Below, piece by piece: positions 1 through 12,317 of a DNA stretch of 62,401 nt (positions are counted from its first letter, which is position 1; the number at the start of each line of letters is the position of its first letter). The notes under the pieces are model-generated. The model was not told the DNA's origin and made no database searches. It saw only the letters and a list, made by a program, of their open reading frames with translations. The stretch covers positions 1-62,401 of the forward strand of contig DAOSJI010000004.1 in NCBI GenBank assembly GCA_035367155.1. Reading direction: 5' to 3'. The DNA comes from Bacilli bacterium (GTDB lineage Bacteria > Bacillota_I > Bacilli_A > RFN20 > CAG-826). The position numbers were made by a program, and so were the translations under genes.

Positions 1-46
1 AACAAGGTATCCCTACGGGAACGTGGGGATGGATCACCTCCTTTCT
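1..46 (+). rRNA. rrs: 16S rRNA, 3' terminal fragment (gene continues upstream of the window)
   Basis: The window opens in the conserved 16S 3' minor domain. The tail GGATCACCTCCTTTCT (anti-Shine-Dalgarno) lies at 31-46. Confidence 0.9.
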
Positions 47-193
47 ATGGAGAAAACAACGTCAAAAACGACGTAAATTGTACAAAACCAACCTCGACGA
101 GTTTGTCGTCGATAAACAAAACAACAATCTTAATTCGTATTAATAAGTTGTTGAGTTCATCTGTTTAGTTTTGAGCGGTTAAGCTCAAACAAT

Positions 194-208
194 TGTTCTT
201 TGAAAACT
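194..208 (+). promoter_or_regulatory. boxA-like rRNA antitermination box in the 16S-23S spacer
   Basis: TGTTCTTTGAAAACT matches the conserved Firmicutes spacer boxA-type sequence. It sits just after the hairpin TTGAGC-GGTTAA-GCTCAA (172-189). Confidence 0.55.
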
Positions 209-339
209 GAATACTATAAAATAACATGTTCTTTCTGTTAATGTCGCAAGATTTACTAAATCTGCGATAAAGACAAATCAAAAAAACAAAACTAACCAAG
301 TTTTATTAACGCATTTATTAACAATCAATCAAGAAAAAT

Positions 340-3237
<2,898 letters not shown>

Positions 3238-3333
3238 ATTTCTAGTTAATGAGTACTACGCAAAACAAAGTTAGTTAATGGAAGAACATGTTATAAAGTA
3301 TAGTATTTAGTTTTGAGCGAACAATTGCTCAAC

Positions 3334-3443
3334 AGTTTGGTGACGATAGCGCCGTGGACACACCTGTTCCCATCTCGAACACAGAAGTTAAGCACGGTAG
3401 CGGTGACGATATCCGTAAGGGGAAAATAACAAGTTGCCAAACT
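3334..3443 (+). rRNA. rrf: 5S rRNA
   Basis: The 5' AGTTTGGTG pairs with the 3' TGCCAAACT. Internal CCTGTTCCCATCTCGAACACAGAAGTTAAGC is typical of 5S. Followed by a T9 run. Confidence 0.9.
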
Positions 3444-3493
3444 TTTTTTTTATTTTTTATAATAATATTACATTATATAGAGAGGAAAATAAT

Positions 3494-3931
3494 ATGAAAC
3501 TCGAAAACAAGGATTTAGTTTTAAAACAAATTAAGAGAGCAATTGTATGTATGATTATTGTACTTATTTTATCTACAATTGTTATGGCCATTACACTTGG
3601 TACTAGAGTTGCACTATCTGGTGCAGAAAACGTTGAAACTGAAGGTGAAGCCCTTACGTTTCTTGGGGCTGCTTTTGCGTCTATAGGACTTTTGGTGTTA
3701 GCAATCTTTATGATAATTGGCATGATTCCACCTGCAATTATTGCAATAATTAACTACATTAAAGTCTTTGTTACAACTTTCAAAGTTGAAGACAAAAAGT
3801 TCTTGATCTTAATGGCAGTTGGTTTTGCAGTCGCACCTGTTGGTCTTGTCGGATTATTCATGTATAAGAGTGCGATTAACAAAGTCGAAGAAGTAAAAGA
3901 AGCTGAAGTAGTTGCTGAACAAAAAGAATAA
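3494..3931 (+). CDS. small multi-pass membrane protein, paralog 1 of 4 (unknown family)
   Basis: The ORF-track start at 3434 overlaps 5S. I prefer ATG 3494, preceded by AGAGGAAAA. Three predicted TM segments. C-terminal motif Y-x10-K-x5-ILM-x-VGF-x5-GL-x-GLF-x-Y is shared with 4088, 4592 and 5133. Confidence 0.7.
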   Translation: MKLENKDLVLKQIKRAIVCMIIVLILSTIVMAITLGTRVALSGAENVETEGEALTFLGAAFASIGLLVLAIFMIIGMIPPAIIAIINYIKVFVTTFKVEDKKFLILMAVGFAVAPVGLVGLFMYKSAINKVEEVKEAEVVAEQKE

Positions 3932-4087
3932 TTCTAGACATTAACAGGCAGTTAATTATTAAATGTTAACGCAAAAAGTTTGGTTAATTTATCCCAAAGG
4001 GATAAAAAAGATACCAAACTTTTTTGTTTTCTTTATAATTTTTGAAAGTTATGATTTCTAGGTTATACTAAAAACGGGGAAGTAAGT

Positions 4088-4462
4088 ATGAACCAAAACA
4101 TAAAAGAACAAACAGTTAACAGTGTAAATAGAGCTATTAGATGTTTTAAAGCTATCATTGCAATTATAATAACAATCGCAGTTCTAACTATTATTCAAGC
4201 AATAATTGTAGTAATTGCTATTACTGAATTTACGAATGAAAGTAGTCCGTTGTGGGGAGTACCATATTTTATTTTGGTATTATTGTTACTTTCTGCTATG
4301 GCTGTAATTGTTATTATCTACATTGTTAACTACATAATAGCGTATGCTGGTTCCTTTAGACTAAAAAGTAAAGAAGTAATGGTTTTAATGTCTATTGGGT
4401 TTAAACTGAAGTTTGTAGGTATTGTCTCTTTATTTATTGCGCGCAATAGATTACAAGAATAG
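4088..4462 (+). CDS. small multi-pass membrane protein, paralog 2 of 4
   Basis: Same architecture. Shares NYIIAYAGSFRLKSKEVMVLMSIGF...GIVSLFIA with its neighbours. Confidence 0.7.
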   Translation: MNQNIKEQTVNSVNRAIRCFKAIIAIIITIAVLTIIQAIIVVIAITEFTNESSPLWGVPYFILVLLLLSAMAVIVIIYIVNYIIAYAGSFRLKSKEVMVLMSIGFKLKFVGIVSLFIARNRLQE

Positions 4463-4591
4463 CGCAAAAATAGGCTTAATTATGCATTTTCAGGTTTAAT
4501 TTAACGCCCGTTTTTTTGTTTAATTTTTATTTAAAGCACATTTTGTATCTACCAAGACTCATTATGTTATAATGAGTTGGAGGTAAAAAAT

Positions 4592-4987
4592 ATGGAAAGA
4601 GTAAACAAAGAACATACACTAAAAAATATCAAAATAGCACTAATAATGATGTTTATTACGATGGGGCTTGCAATAGTTGTTTCAACTCTTGTATTTATTG
4701 TTGTTTTTGCGAATTTAGAGGCATTTATTAATGCAGCAAATAACCAAGACACATCACAAATTATTAGTTTAACTCGTCAAATTTCTGCCGTAACAATTAT
4801 TAGTTCACTTACTTCAATCCCTGGTATTATTGGTCTTGTCTATTACATAACTGTCTATATCACATCATTTAAGTTATCTAAAAAAGATATCATGATTTTA
4901 ATGTCAGTTGGACTATTAGTTAATCTTGTTGGTATGGTCGCTTTATTTATTTATCGAAGTAGATTACTAGAAAACACTCAAGAATAA
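4592..4987 (+). CDS. small multi-pass membrane protein, paralog 3 of 4
   Basis: ATG 4592 is 8 nt after GGAGG (the track start at 4577 is TTG). Carries YYITVYITSFKLSKKDIMILMSVGL...GMVALFIY. An intrinsic terminator follows at about 4993-5016. Confidence 0.7.
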   Translation: MERVNKEHTLKNIKIALIMMFITMGLAIVVSTLVFIVVFANLEAFINAANNQDTSQIISLTRQISAVTIISSLTSIPGIIGLVYYITVYITSFKLSKKDIMILMSVGLLVNLVGMVALFIYRSRLLENTQE

Positions 4988-5132
4988 AAAAATAAATAGG
5001 CCAAGAGGCTTATTTTTTATTTCATAACATACTATAAAACCTTCAAGATTATTAGAACAAATCTTAGGTAGATTATTCAAAAACATTGTTAAATGATGTA
5101 TATTATATTCAAGTATTTATAGGAGCGGACTT

Positions 5133-5576
5133 ATGGCAGGTAAATCTACAATTGAAGATAAGTTAAAAAGAGTAAAAATAGCACTAATTTTTATATTTAT
5201 TAGTTTAGTTGGAAGAATTATTTTTGATGTTCTCCTAGCATTAAACAATTTTAAGCTTTTAAAAGAAATCATTGAATTAATATTTACTGGACAAATAACA
5301 GCAGAAGATCCGGTCGCAGCTGTAGCTGAGTTTATACTTTTTATAATTATATTAGGTATATTATTTGCGATATTTATAATACCGACAATTGTTTGGCTAA
5401 TCTATTATATTCAAACACTTGTTAATGCGGCGAATGATAAAAAAACAAATGTTATCGTTCTTCTTTCAATCGGTTTTCTTTTTCCTTTATTTGGAATCAT
5501 TGGCTTATTCATTTACTTAAGTCACTTAAATGCAATTAAAATTACTCAGGATTATGAAGTTATAGATACTAATTAA
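5133..5576 (+). CDS. small multi-pass membrane protein, paralog 4 of 4
   Basis: AGGAG RBS. Carries YYIQTLVNAANDKKTNVIVLLSIGF...GIIGLFIY. This is the most diverged member. Confidence 0.65.
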   Translation: MAGKSTIEDKLKRVKIALIFIFISLVGRIIFDVLLALNNFKLLKEIIELIFTGQITAEDPVAAVAEFILFIIILGILFAIFIIPTIVWLIYYIQTLVNAANDKKTNVIVLLSIGFLFPLFGIIGLFIYLSHLNAIKITQDYEVIDTN

Positions 5577-5588
5577 GAATAAAATTAA

Positions 5589-6056
5589 ATGACAAAAGTT
5601 GGTTTTAAAACGAAAGAGTATTTAAAGTATGCGATATTTTCTTTTCTTATTGCTTCTTTAATTTTAATTCTAACTTTTATTCTACTTTTTATTTTATTGC
5701 CTAACGAGGCAAAAAATGAAACCTTCTTAATACTTTTTGGTTTATTAGTTGTCCTTGTAATATTTATTATTCGACTTATATATTACTTAGTTTTACCTAC
5801 TAAAATTATTCAAGCAGATGAAAGGGAATTAATTCTATACCCAAAAACAAAAAAAGAACAAATTATTTTGTTCCAAGATATTTTAAATATAAGCAGAGCT
5901 AAGTTTTTTGTTACTCTTTTTTTTACGAAAGAAATGTTTACTATAGTTTTAAAAAATAACAAGATAATTCGTGTTCCTTTTTTTAAGGATGAAGTAGAAC
6001 TTTTAGCCTATTGCAAAAAGGCACATTTTGAAGCCAACTTTAAGATTAAGAAATAA
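5589..6056 (+). CDS. membrane protein with two N-terminal TM helices and a PH-like (YdbS/bPH_2-like) C-terminal domain
   Basis: The topology of 2 TM followed by an approximately 90-aa soluble domain resembles bacterial PH-domain membrane proteins. No clear RBS, so it may be coupled to 5133-5576. Confidence 0.4.
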   Translation: MTKVGFKTKEYLKYAIFSFLIASLILILTFILLFILLPNEAKNETFLILFGLLVVLVIFIIRLIYYLVLPTKIIQADERELILYPKTKKEQIILFQDILNISRAKFFVTLFFTKEMFTIVLKNNKIIRVPFFKDEVELLAYCKKAHFEANFKIKK

Positions 6057-6170
6057 ATTTTTACCATTGTATAGGAACAATTTTATTGGCACTTGTCACA
6101 ACATTTGCAAATATGATTAAATGTTTGTATAATACGTTAGGTATTTATACCTAAAAAAGGAGGAATTGAA

Positions 6171-6527
6171 ATGGCGAATGATAAAAAAACACCCTTCGGC
6201 GGCATAGCCATTTCGGCTAATGCGATTGAAGAAGTCGCCTCCGAGGCAGCTCTAAACTCATATGGAGTTGCAGGTCTATCCCAAAGAACACGGGGTAATA
6301 AGCCTCTAGATATCTTTCTAGATTCAAAGACATTTAGTAAAGGTGCTATTGCAACTAAATCCCGCAGTGGATGGACAGTAGACGTCTATATTATTGTAGT
6401 CTACGGATTAAAAATAACTGAAATTATCAGCGGTGTTCAAAGCCGTGTTAAATATGAATTAGAAAAAACCTTTGATATGAAATTAAGAGCAGTAAATATT
6501 TATATCCAAGGTGTGAAAGTGATGTAG
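6171..6527 (+). CDS. Asp23/Gls24 family (alkaline shock protein-like, YloU-type)
   Basis: AGGAGG RBS. N-terminal GGIAISANAIEEVASEAALNSYGVAG is typical of Asp23. Conserved neighbour of the DAK2/FakA gene. Consensus promoter: TTGCAA 6105-6110, 17 nt spacer, TATAAT 6128-6133. Confidence 0.8.
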   Translation: MANDKKTPFGGIAISANAIEEVASEAALNSYGVAGLSQRTRGNKPLDIFLDSKTFSKGAIATKSRSGWTVDVYIIVVYGLKITEIISGVQSRVKYELEKTFDMKLRAVNIYIQGVKVM

Positions 6528-6538
6528 AGGATTTTATT

Positions 6539-8203
6539 ATGCGTGAGTTAAATGGTTTAACCCTCAAAGAAATGCTCATCTCGGGTGCAAATAACTTATA
6601 CAATAATTATCCCGCGATTGACGCTTTAAACGTTTTCCCTGTTCCTGATGGTGATACAGGGATGAATATGAATTTAACAATTTCTAGCGGTGCTAAGGAA
6701 ATTTCAAATTTAAATGATCATGATATTTCAAGAATTGCTAAAGCCTTTAGTAGAGGTCTACTTATGGGGGCAAGAGGCAACTCTGGCGTTATAACAAGTC
6801 AAATTTTCCGCGGTTTTGCCAATGGTTTAGAAGGCAAAGAAAAAGTTAATGCACGTGAACTAGCAGAAGCATGGGTTTTAGGTAAAGAAGTTGCTTATAA
6901 AGCGGTTCTTCGTCCTGTTGAAGGAACGATTTTAACTGTTTTAAGAGAGGCTTCTGATGCACTTTTAGAAAATGTTAAAAATGATTGGTCTATAGAAAAG
7001 GCTTTTGATTTCTTTTTAAACGAAGCAAGAGAATCGCTTGAACGAACACCTGACTTACTACCAATTTTAAAAGAAGTTGGTGTTGTCGATAGCGGTGGTG
7101 CTGGTTTAGTTACAATCTTTGAAGGTATGCAACTAGCTCTAGCAGGCAAAGTAGTATTAAAAACAACTGCTACTGCTTTTGAAGAAGAAAAACCAACTGC
7201 TTTAAAAATGGAAGCTACGGAAGAATTCGGTTATTGTACAGAATTTATTATGCGAATTGGTGGTGAAAACAAACGCCCGTTCCAAGAAAAACGATTCCTT
7301 AATGTCTTAAATAGTCATGGAAATTCGATCGTATATGTAAAAGATGAAGATATCGTTAAAGTTCACGTCCATACTTTAAAGCCTGGTAATACACTTAACT
7401 ATGCTCAACAATATGGTGAATTTGTAACACTTAAAATTGAAAACATGAGTGAACAACATACTCATTTATCAAATGGTCAAAATTTACAAGTTACATCTAG
7501 TTCGCTTGCTGATGCTGTCGCGCCAGTTGAGCGAAAAAAATATGCAATAATTGCTGTAGCAAGCGGAGATGGTATTAAAAGTTTATTTGAAGAATATCGC
7601 GTTGATTATGTTGTAAGTGGTGGTCAAACTATGAACCCATCAACTGAAGACTTTATTGAAGCAATTAATAAGGTAAATGCAGAAAACATCTTCATTTTGC
7701 CGAATAATTCAAACATTATTATGGCTGCTGCCCAAGCATGTGATGTTGTAGCAGATGATCCAAATGTAACGGCACATGTCATTCCTAGTAAAACAATCAT
7801 GCAAGGTTTAGTTGCAGCTATGAGTTTTAATCCAGAAAACGATGTTGATATGATTGTTGAAGATATGAACGAAGCATTAACCGCAGTAAAAACTGGTCAA
7901 GTGACATTCGCTATTAAAGATACAACTATTAGTGGTATTGAAGTGAAAAAAGATTATTATATGGGTTTAAATGGAAAAGAAATCGTATGTTCAGTTAAAG
8001 ATAAGTTTGAAGCTGCATTAATTACCATTGAAAAAATGATCGATGAAATGAGTTCAATCGTCACAGTGATTTTTGGTGAAGATGTTAAAGAAAAAGATGC
8101 TAAAAATTTAATCAAAAAACTTGAAAACAAATATAAAGATATTGATTTTGATTTAGTTAATGGTAATCAACCTGTTTATAGTTTTATTATCGGTGTTGAA
8201 TAG
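6539..8203 (+). CDS. fakA: DAK2-domain protein, fatty acid kinase catalytic subunit FakA (YloV-type)
   Basis: DhaL motif PDGDTGMNM. About 550 aa with a two-domain layout. Located upstream of plsX, as in Firmicutes. Confidence 0.8.
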   Translation: MRELNGLTLKEMLISGANNLYNNYPAIDALNVFPVPDGDTGMNMNLTISSGAKEISNLNDHDISRIAKAFSRGLLMGARGNSGVITSQIFRGFANGLEGKEKVNARELAEAWVLGKEVAYKAVLRPVEGTILTVLREASDALLENVKNDWSIEKAFDFFLNEARESLERTPDLLPILKEVGVVDSGGAGLVTIFEGMQLALAGKVVLKTTATAFEEEKPTALKMEATEEFGYCTEFIMRIGGENKRPFQEKRFLNVLNSHGNSIVYVKDEDIVKVHVHTLKPGNTLNYAQQYGEFVTLKIENMSEQHTHLSNGQNLQVTSSSLADAVAPVERKKYAIIAVASGDGIKSLFEEYRVDYVVSGGQTMNPSTEDFIEAINKVNAENIFILPNNSNIIMAAAQACDVVADDPNVTAHVIPSKTIMQGLVAAMSFNPENDVDMIVEDMNEALTAVKTGQVTFAIKDTTISGIEVKKDYYMGLNGKEIVCSVKDKFEAALITIEKMIDEMSSIVTVIFGEDVKEKDAKNLIKKLENKYKDIDFDLVNGNQPVYSFIIGVE

Positions 8204-8319
8204 ATAAGAATAAAACATTAAAGAGGGCTTGCAAAAGCCCTTTTTTTGTAATTAAATCCTTTTTTACTATTACTTCATTAATAGTAAAAATTTGTTATAA
8301 TATAAGGCGAGGTGATTTT

Positions 8320-9075
8320 ATGAGAGCATCAAATATATTTTTATCAAGATTTGCAAAAAAAGGTGTTGGAGAACAACAAGCTACTTTAAGTGGCATTAGT
8401 ATTAAAACAATTATTTTAACACTAGTCACCATTCTTACTGGTGCAATTAGTGTTGCAACTGGGATGAGAATTATTTCAGTTGAAGGATTTGAAACTCTAG
8501 AAATGGCAATGCCACTTTGGATAGCTTTTGGTGTCAGCGTATTTATTGGTATTTTTGCGGCAATGTTAGGTCTATGGATTCCTAAAATTGCTAATGTTAT
8601 GTCGTTTATTTACGCAATTGCACAAGGGATTTACTTAGGAGTAATAAGTGCGATTATTGATATTGTTTTCCCTGGCGTTGTTTTTATGGCTGCAGGAGCA
8701 ACAGTAATTATTTTCCTAATCATGTTGCTTTTATATAGAAACAATACATTTAGAAACATTAATCTTGTTTACAAAGTAATGATGGGAATTATGATTGGTG
8801 TTTTTGCTTGTAGTATTTTATTTTTAATTATGTTTCTTATTACTGGTGGTTTAGCAATTCCTTGGTATATTCCATTTTTAATTTCTTTTGCGGTACTAAT
8901 TTATGCATCTTTAATGCTTGTAATGGATTTCGAATATGCTGTATCAGTAGTTAATGCTGGACTAGATAAGCGATATGAATGGGTAGCATCTTTAAGTCTA
9001 TTAATTACGATTTTATGGATTTATGTTAAGGTTTTACGCATTTTGATTATTCTTTTAGGTAATCGTCGGAGATAA
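8320..9075 (+). CDS. Bax-inhibitor-1-like (BaxI_1-type) 7-TM membrane protein
   Basis: The N-terminus MRASNIFLSRF resembles the SNP-x-x-S-R start of this family, followed by about 7 TM helices. The assignment is made from memory of the family. Confidence 0.45.
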   Translation: MRASNIFLSRFAKKGVGEQQATLSGISIKTIILTLVTILTGAISVATGMRIISVEGFETLEMAMPLWIAFGVSVFIGIFAAMLGLWIPKIANVMSFIYAIAQGIYLGVISAIIDIVFPGVVFMAAGATVIIFLIMLLLYRNNTFRNINLVYKVMMGIMIGVFACSILFLIMFLITGGLAIPWYIPFLISFAVLIYASLMLVMDFEYAVSVVNAGLDKRYEWVASLSLLITILWIYVKVLRILIILLGNRRR

Positions 9076-9077
9076 AA

Positions 9078-10052
9078 ATGAAATTAATTATCGACATGAT
9101 GGGGAGCGACTTAGGCTCTAAAATTACAGTTGAAGGTGTTAATGCGTTTTTAAAAGAACATCCAGATGTTACTATTTTTGCTGTTGGAAGAAAAGAAGAG
9201 TTAACTACTTTAAATCCTCAAGCAATAGTAGTTGATGCTCGTGATATTATTCCAATGGATGCTGGTCCTTTAGATGTGATGAGAGCCAAAGAAAGTTCGA
9301 TGCTTAAATCATTAAATTTATATTTAAGTGAAGAAGCAGATGGAATGGTAAGTGCAGGAGGAACAGGCGCGTATTTAAGTGCTGCAACCCTTAAATTAAA
9401 GTTAATTCCAGGTGTTGAAAGAGCAGCTCTAGTCGCCCCTTTTCCAACATTAAGAGAAAATCATTATGTCACAATATTGGATATTGGTGCTAATAATGAA
9501 AACACAGTGTCTCAACTTGTACAATTTGCAAAAATGGGTCAAATATATGCAAAAAGCGTGTTAAATATTGAAAATCCCGGTGTTTTTCTTTTAAGTAATG
9601 GAAGTGAATCTGGTAAAGGAAGCCCATTAATAATTGAAACGCATAAAGCTTTAAAGGAGCAAAACTTCCCTAACTTCAAAGGTAATATTGAAGGTCGTGA
9701 TGCATTAAACGGAGAAGCTGATGTCATAGTTGCAGATGGTTTTACAGGTAATATTTTTCTTAAAACGACTGAAGGCATTGCAAAGATGATAGGTAAACTA
9801 TTGAAGGATGCATTCACTGAACGCGCTTCTTCAAAAGTAGGTTACTTATTTGCAAGAAAAAGTATTGGAAACATGAAAACAAAACTCGATTATAAAAATA
9901 CAGGTGGTGCAATGCTACTTGGTATTAATGGCGTTGTTGTAAAAGCTCATGGTAGTAGCGATGCTATAGCATTTAAAAATGCGATCGAAGTTGCCTATAA
10001 AATGGCAAGACATGGTGTAATTAAAGAAATAAAGGAAAAAATGAATGAATAA
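9078..10052 (+). CDS. plsX: phosphate acyltransferase PlsX
   Basis: IDMMGSD, VSAGGTGA and ADGFTGNI motifs. Conserved position upstream of rnc. Confidence 0.9.
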   Translation: MKLIIDMMGSDLGSKITVEGVNAFLKEHPDVTIFAVGRKEELTTLNPQAIVVDARDIIPMDAGPLDVMRAKESSMLKSLNLYLSEEADGMVSAGGTGAYLSAATLKLKLIPGVERAALVAPFPTLRENHYVTILDIGANNENTVSQLVQFAKMGQIYAKSVLNIENPGVFLLSNGSESGKGSPLIIETHKALKEQNFPNFKGNIEGRDALNGEADVIVADGFTGNIFLKTTEGIAKMIGKLLKDAFTERASSKVGYLFARKSIGNMKTKLDYKNTGGAMLLGINGVVVKAHGSSDAIAFKNAIEVAYKMARHGVIKEIKEKMNE

Positions 10053-10722
10053 ACTTATCACTTTTTTAAAAACATACGACATAGAACCGCATGATATTAG
10101 CTTATATCAAGCGGCTTTTACTCATTCAAGTTGTAATGTAAAAGGTGATGTTAAAAGTTATGAAAGACTTGAATTTTTAGGTGATGCACTTATTAATGGA
10201 TATGTTGCATATTTAATTTTTAAACATCGTCCTAATTTAACTGAAGGTGATATGACATTAATGCGAAGCGAGATAGTTCAAACAAGATCGTTAGCAAAAA
10301 TTGGCAAAAATCTTGGACTCGGTGAACTAATTATTTTTGGCGATAGTATAAATCCTAAAGAAGCACTTCAAAATGAAAGATTTTATGAAGATGTTTTAGA
10401 GGCATTTGTTGGTGCGTTGTATCTTGATGCTGGTCCAATTAAATCAAAAGAAATAATGAGTGTTATTTTTAGTCCAATAGTAAAAAGTCATGATTTAAAG
10501 AAAACAACTAATTATAAAAATGTTCTTCAAGAAGCAATTCAAGCTGAAAGAAGAGAAACAGTTCATTATGTTTCAACAAAACACATCTCACCTAATAACG
10601 AACATTATTTTGAAGCTGAAGTCTATTTGGAAGATATTAAATTAGGTCGAGGTACGGGTAAAACCAAAAAAGCCGCTGAGCAAGAAGCGGCTAAAGATGC
10701 CCTTGAAAAGAAAGCGGGTTAA
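10045..10722 (+). CDS. rnc: ribonuclease III
   Basis: RNase III signature ERLEFLGDA plus a C-terminal dsRBD (GTGKTKKAAEQEAA). Confidence 0.9.
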   Translation: MNKLITFLKTYDIEPHDISLYQAAFTHSSCNVKGDVKSYERLEFLGDALINGYVAYLIFKHRPNLTEGDMTLMRSEIVQTRSLAKIGKNLGLGELIIFGDSINPKEALQNERFYEDVLEAFVGALYLDAGPIKSKEIMSVIFSPIVKSHDLKKTTNYKNVLQEAIQAERRETVHYVSTKHISPNNEHYFEAEVYLEDIKLGRGTGKTKKAAEQEAAKDALEKKAG

Positions 10723-10724
10723 TA

Positions 10725-11711
10725 GTGGGTCTTATTTCCTTTTTAAAGAAAAAGTTTGGTTCAAAAAAAGAAGCTAATAATAAATATGTTGTCGGCATGG
10801 AAAAAAGCCGCAAGCAGTTTTCTTCGCGTTTAAAAATATTGGCAAAGAAATATGAAAAGGTTAATGAAGAATATTTTGAAAATTTATTACAAATACTAAT
10901 CGAAGCCGATGTTGGAGTAAATTTAACTTTTAGTATTATTGAAGCAACTAAAAAAGAAGCTAACTCTCAAGGAATAAGTGATCCCACCACAATAAATGAA
11001 ATTCTTGTTGATAAGATGTTTATTGGTTATCTTCAACAAGGTGAAGACATTGTTAATGAAATTACATTTGTTGATGAACGTCCTACAGTATTACTGATTG
11101 TAGGAGTAAACGGCGTTGGGAAGACAACAACAATTGCAAAACTTGCAAAACGATATCAAAATATGCAAAAACGAGTTCTTTTAGTTGCGGGTGATACATT
11201 TAGAGCAGGTGCTGTTGAACAATTAGAAGTATGGGCGAAAAGACTTAATGTTGATATCGTCACTGGAAAGAAAAACCAAGATCCAGCTAGTGTTGCCTAT
11301 GATGGAGTAGCAAGAGCTACAGGCGAAAATTATGATCTTGTTATTATCGATACAGCAGGTCGGGTACAATCGAAAGCTCATCTAATGGATGAATTAAGTA
11401 AGATTAGACGTGTAATAGCAAGACAAATTGAAGGTGCTCCAGACGAAGTTTTTCTAATAATTGATGCTACGACTGGGCAAAATGGTGTTATCCAAGCTAA
11501 GGCGTTTGCAGAGGCGACAGGCCTTACAGGCGTAGTTATAACTAAAATGGATGGAACAAGTAAGGGTGGTATTATTTTAGCTATACGTGATGAAATAGGT
11601 GTTCCCGTTCGCTTTATAGGGCTAGGAGAAGGCCTAGACGATTTGGAAGAATTTGATTTAGAAAAGTATTTATATGGATTATGCTTAGGAGATGATGATG
11701 TGGACCTTTAG
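10725..11711 (+). CDS. ftsY: signal recognition particle receptor FtsY
   Basis: GTG start. SRP-GTPase motifs GVNGVGKTTT, DTAGR and TKMDG. Confidence 0.9.
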   Translation: MGLISFLKKKFGSKKEANNKYVVGMEKSRKQFSSRLKILAKKYEKVNEEYFENLLQILIEADVGVNLTFSIIEATKKEANSQGISDPTTINEILVDKMFIGYLQQGEDIVNEITFVDERPTVLLIVGVNGVGKTTTIAKLAKRYQNMQKRVLLVAGDTFRAGAVEQLEVWAKRLNVDIVTGKKNQDPASVAYDGVARATGENYDLVIIDTAGRVQSKAHLMDELSKIRRVIARQIEGAPDEVFLIIDATTGQNGVIQAKAFAEATGLTGVVITKMDGTSKGGIILAIRDEIGVPVRFIGLGEGLDDLEEFDLEKYLYGLCLGDDDVDL

Positions 11712-11988
11712 TATTATTAGTTTAATCATTGCTCTTGCTGTTTTTATAGGTACTAAATACCTTGTTCTTTATATTGGATCCGTTGTTGGAGGTCTTAATC
11801 CATTATTTGCTATGATACTAATAATAATTGTTGCAAGTTTTGTTATTAGTTTCATAATGACCTCAATTGAGTTTAAAAACTCTCCTAACGGTAGGCTTCA
11901 TAATCCTTTATTTCATCGACGTTTATTAACGCGTTTTCTAATAAATTCAATTACGTTAATAATAATAAACCTTTTATGGAGTTTATAA
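11698..11988 (+). CDS. small hydrophobic membrane protein (3 TM), unknown function
   Basis: Three in-frame ATGs at 11692, 11695 and 11698, within the last codons of ftsY. AGGAG at 11687-11691 favours 11698. No recognisable family. Confidence 0.45.
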   Translation: MWTFSIISLIIALAVFIGTKYLVLYIGSVVGGLNPLFAMILIIIVASFVISFIMTSIEFKNSPNGRLHNPLFHRRLLTRFLINSITLIIINLLWSL

Positions 11989-11989
11989 A

Positions 11990-12316
11990 ATGAACGAAAA
12001 AAAACTAAAACAATTTATTTATTATAACGAGTTGTTTGCTGTATATGGTAAATTATTAACTCCTCGTCAACAAGAAGTTTTTAGTATGTATTATTTGTAC
12101 AATTTAAGCCAACAAGAAATAAGTGAATCACTTAAAATATCAAAAGCTGGTGTAAGCGATAATCTAAAAAAGGCAGTAATACACTTACAAAATTTCGAAG
12201 AAATCCTTGGAAATGTAGTCAAAAACAATAAAAGGAGAGACTTGTTAGAAAAACTTGCAAAAACGGCCTCAAAAGAACAAAAAGACATTATAAATAGATT
12301 ATTAAAGGAATTATAG
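11990..12316 (+). CDS. ylxM: YlxM/UPF0122 helix-turn-helix protein (ffh-associated)
   Basis: Sigma-70 region-4-like HTH (LSQQEISESLKISKAGVSDNLKKA). Conserved position immediately upstream of ffh. Confidence 0.8.
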   Translation: MNEKKLKQFIYYNELFAVYGKLLTPRQQEVFSMYYLYNLSQQEISESLKISKAGVSDNLKKAVIHLQNFEEILGNVVKNNKRRDLLEKLAKTASKEQKDIINRLLKEL

Positions 12317-12317
12317 T

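Noticed and set aside
3434-3493. A 5' extension of the first small membrane protein ORF (track start 3434).
   Set aside because: It overlaps the 3' end of 5S rRNA and its T-run. ATG 3494 has an RBS and aligns with the N-termini of the paralogs.
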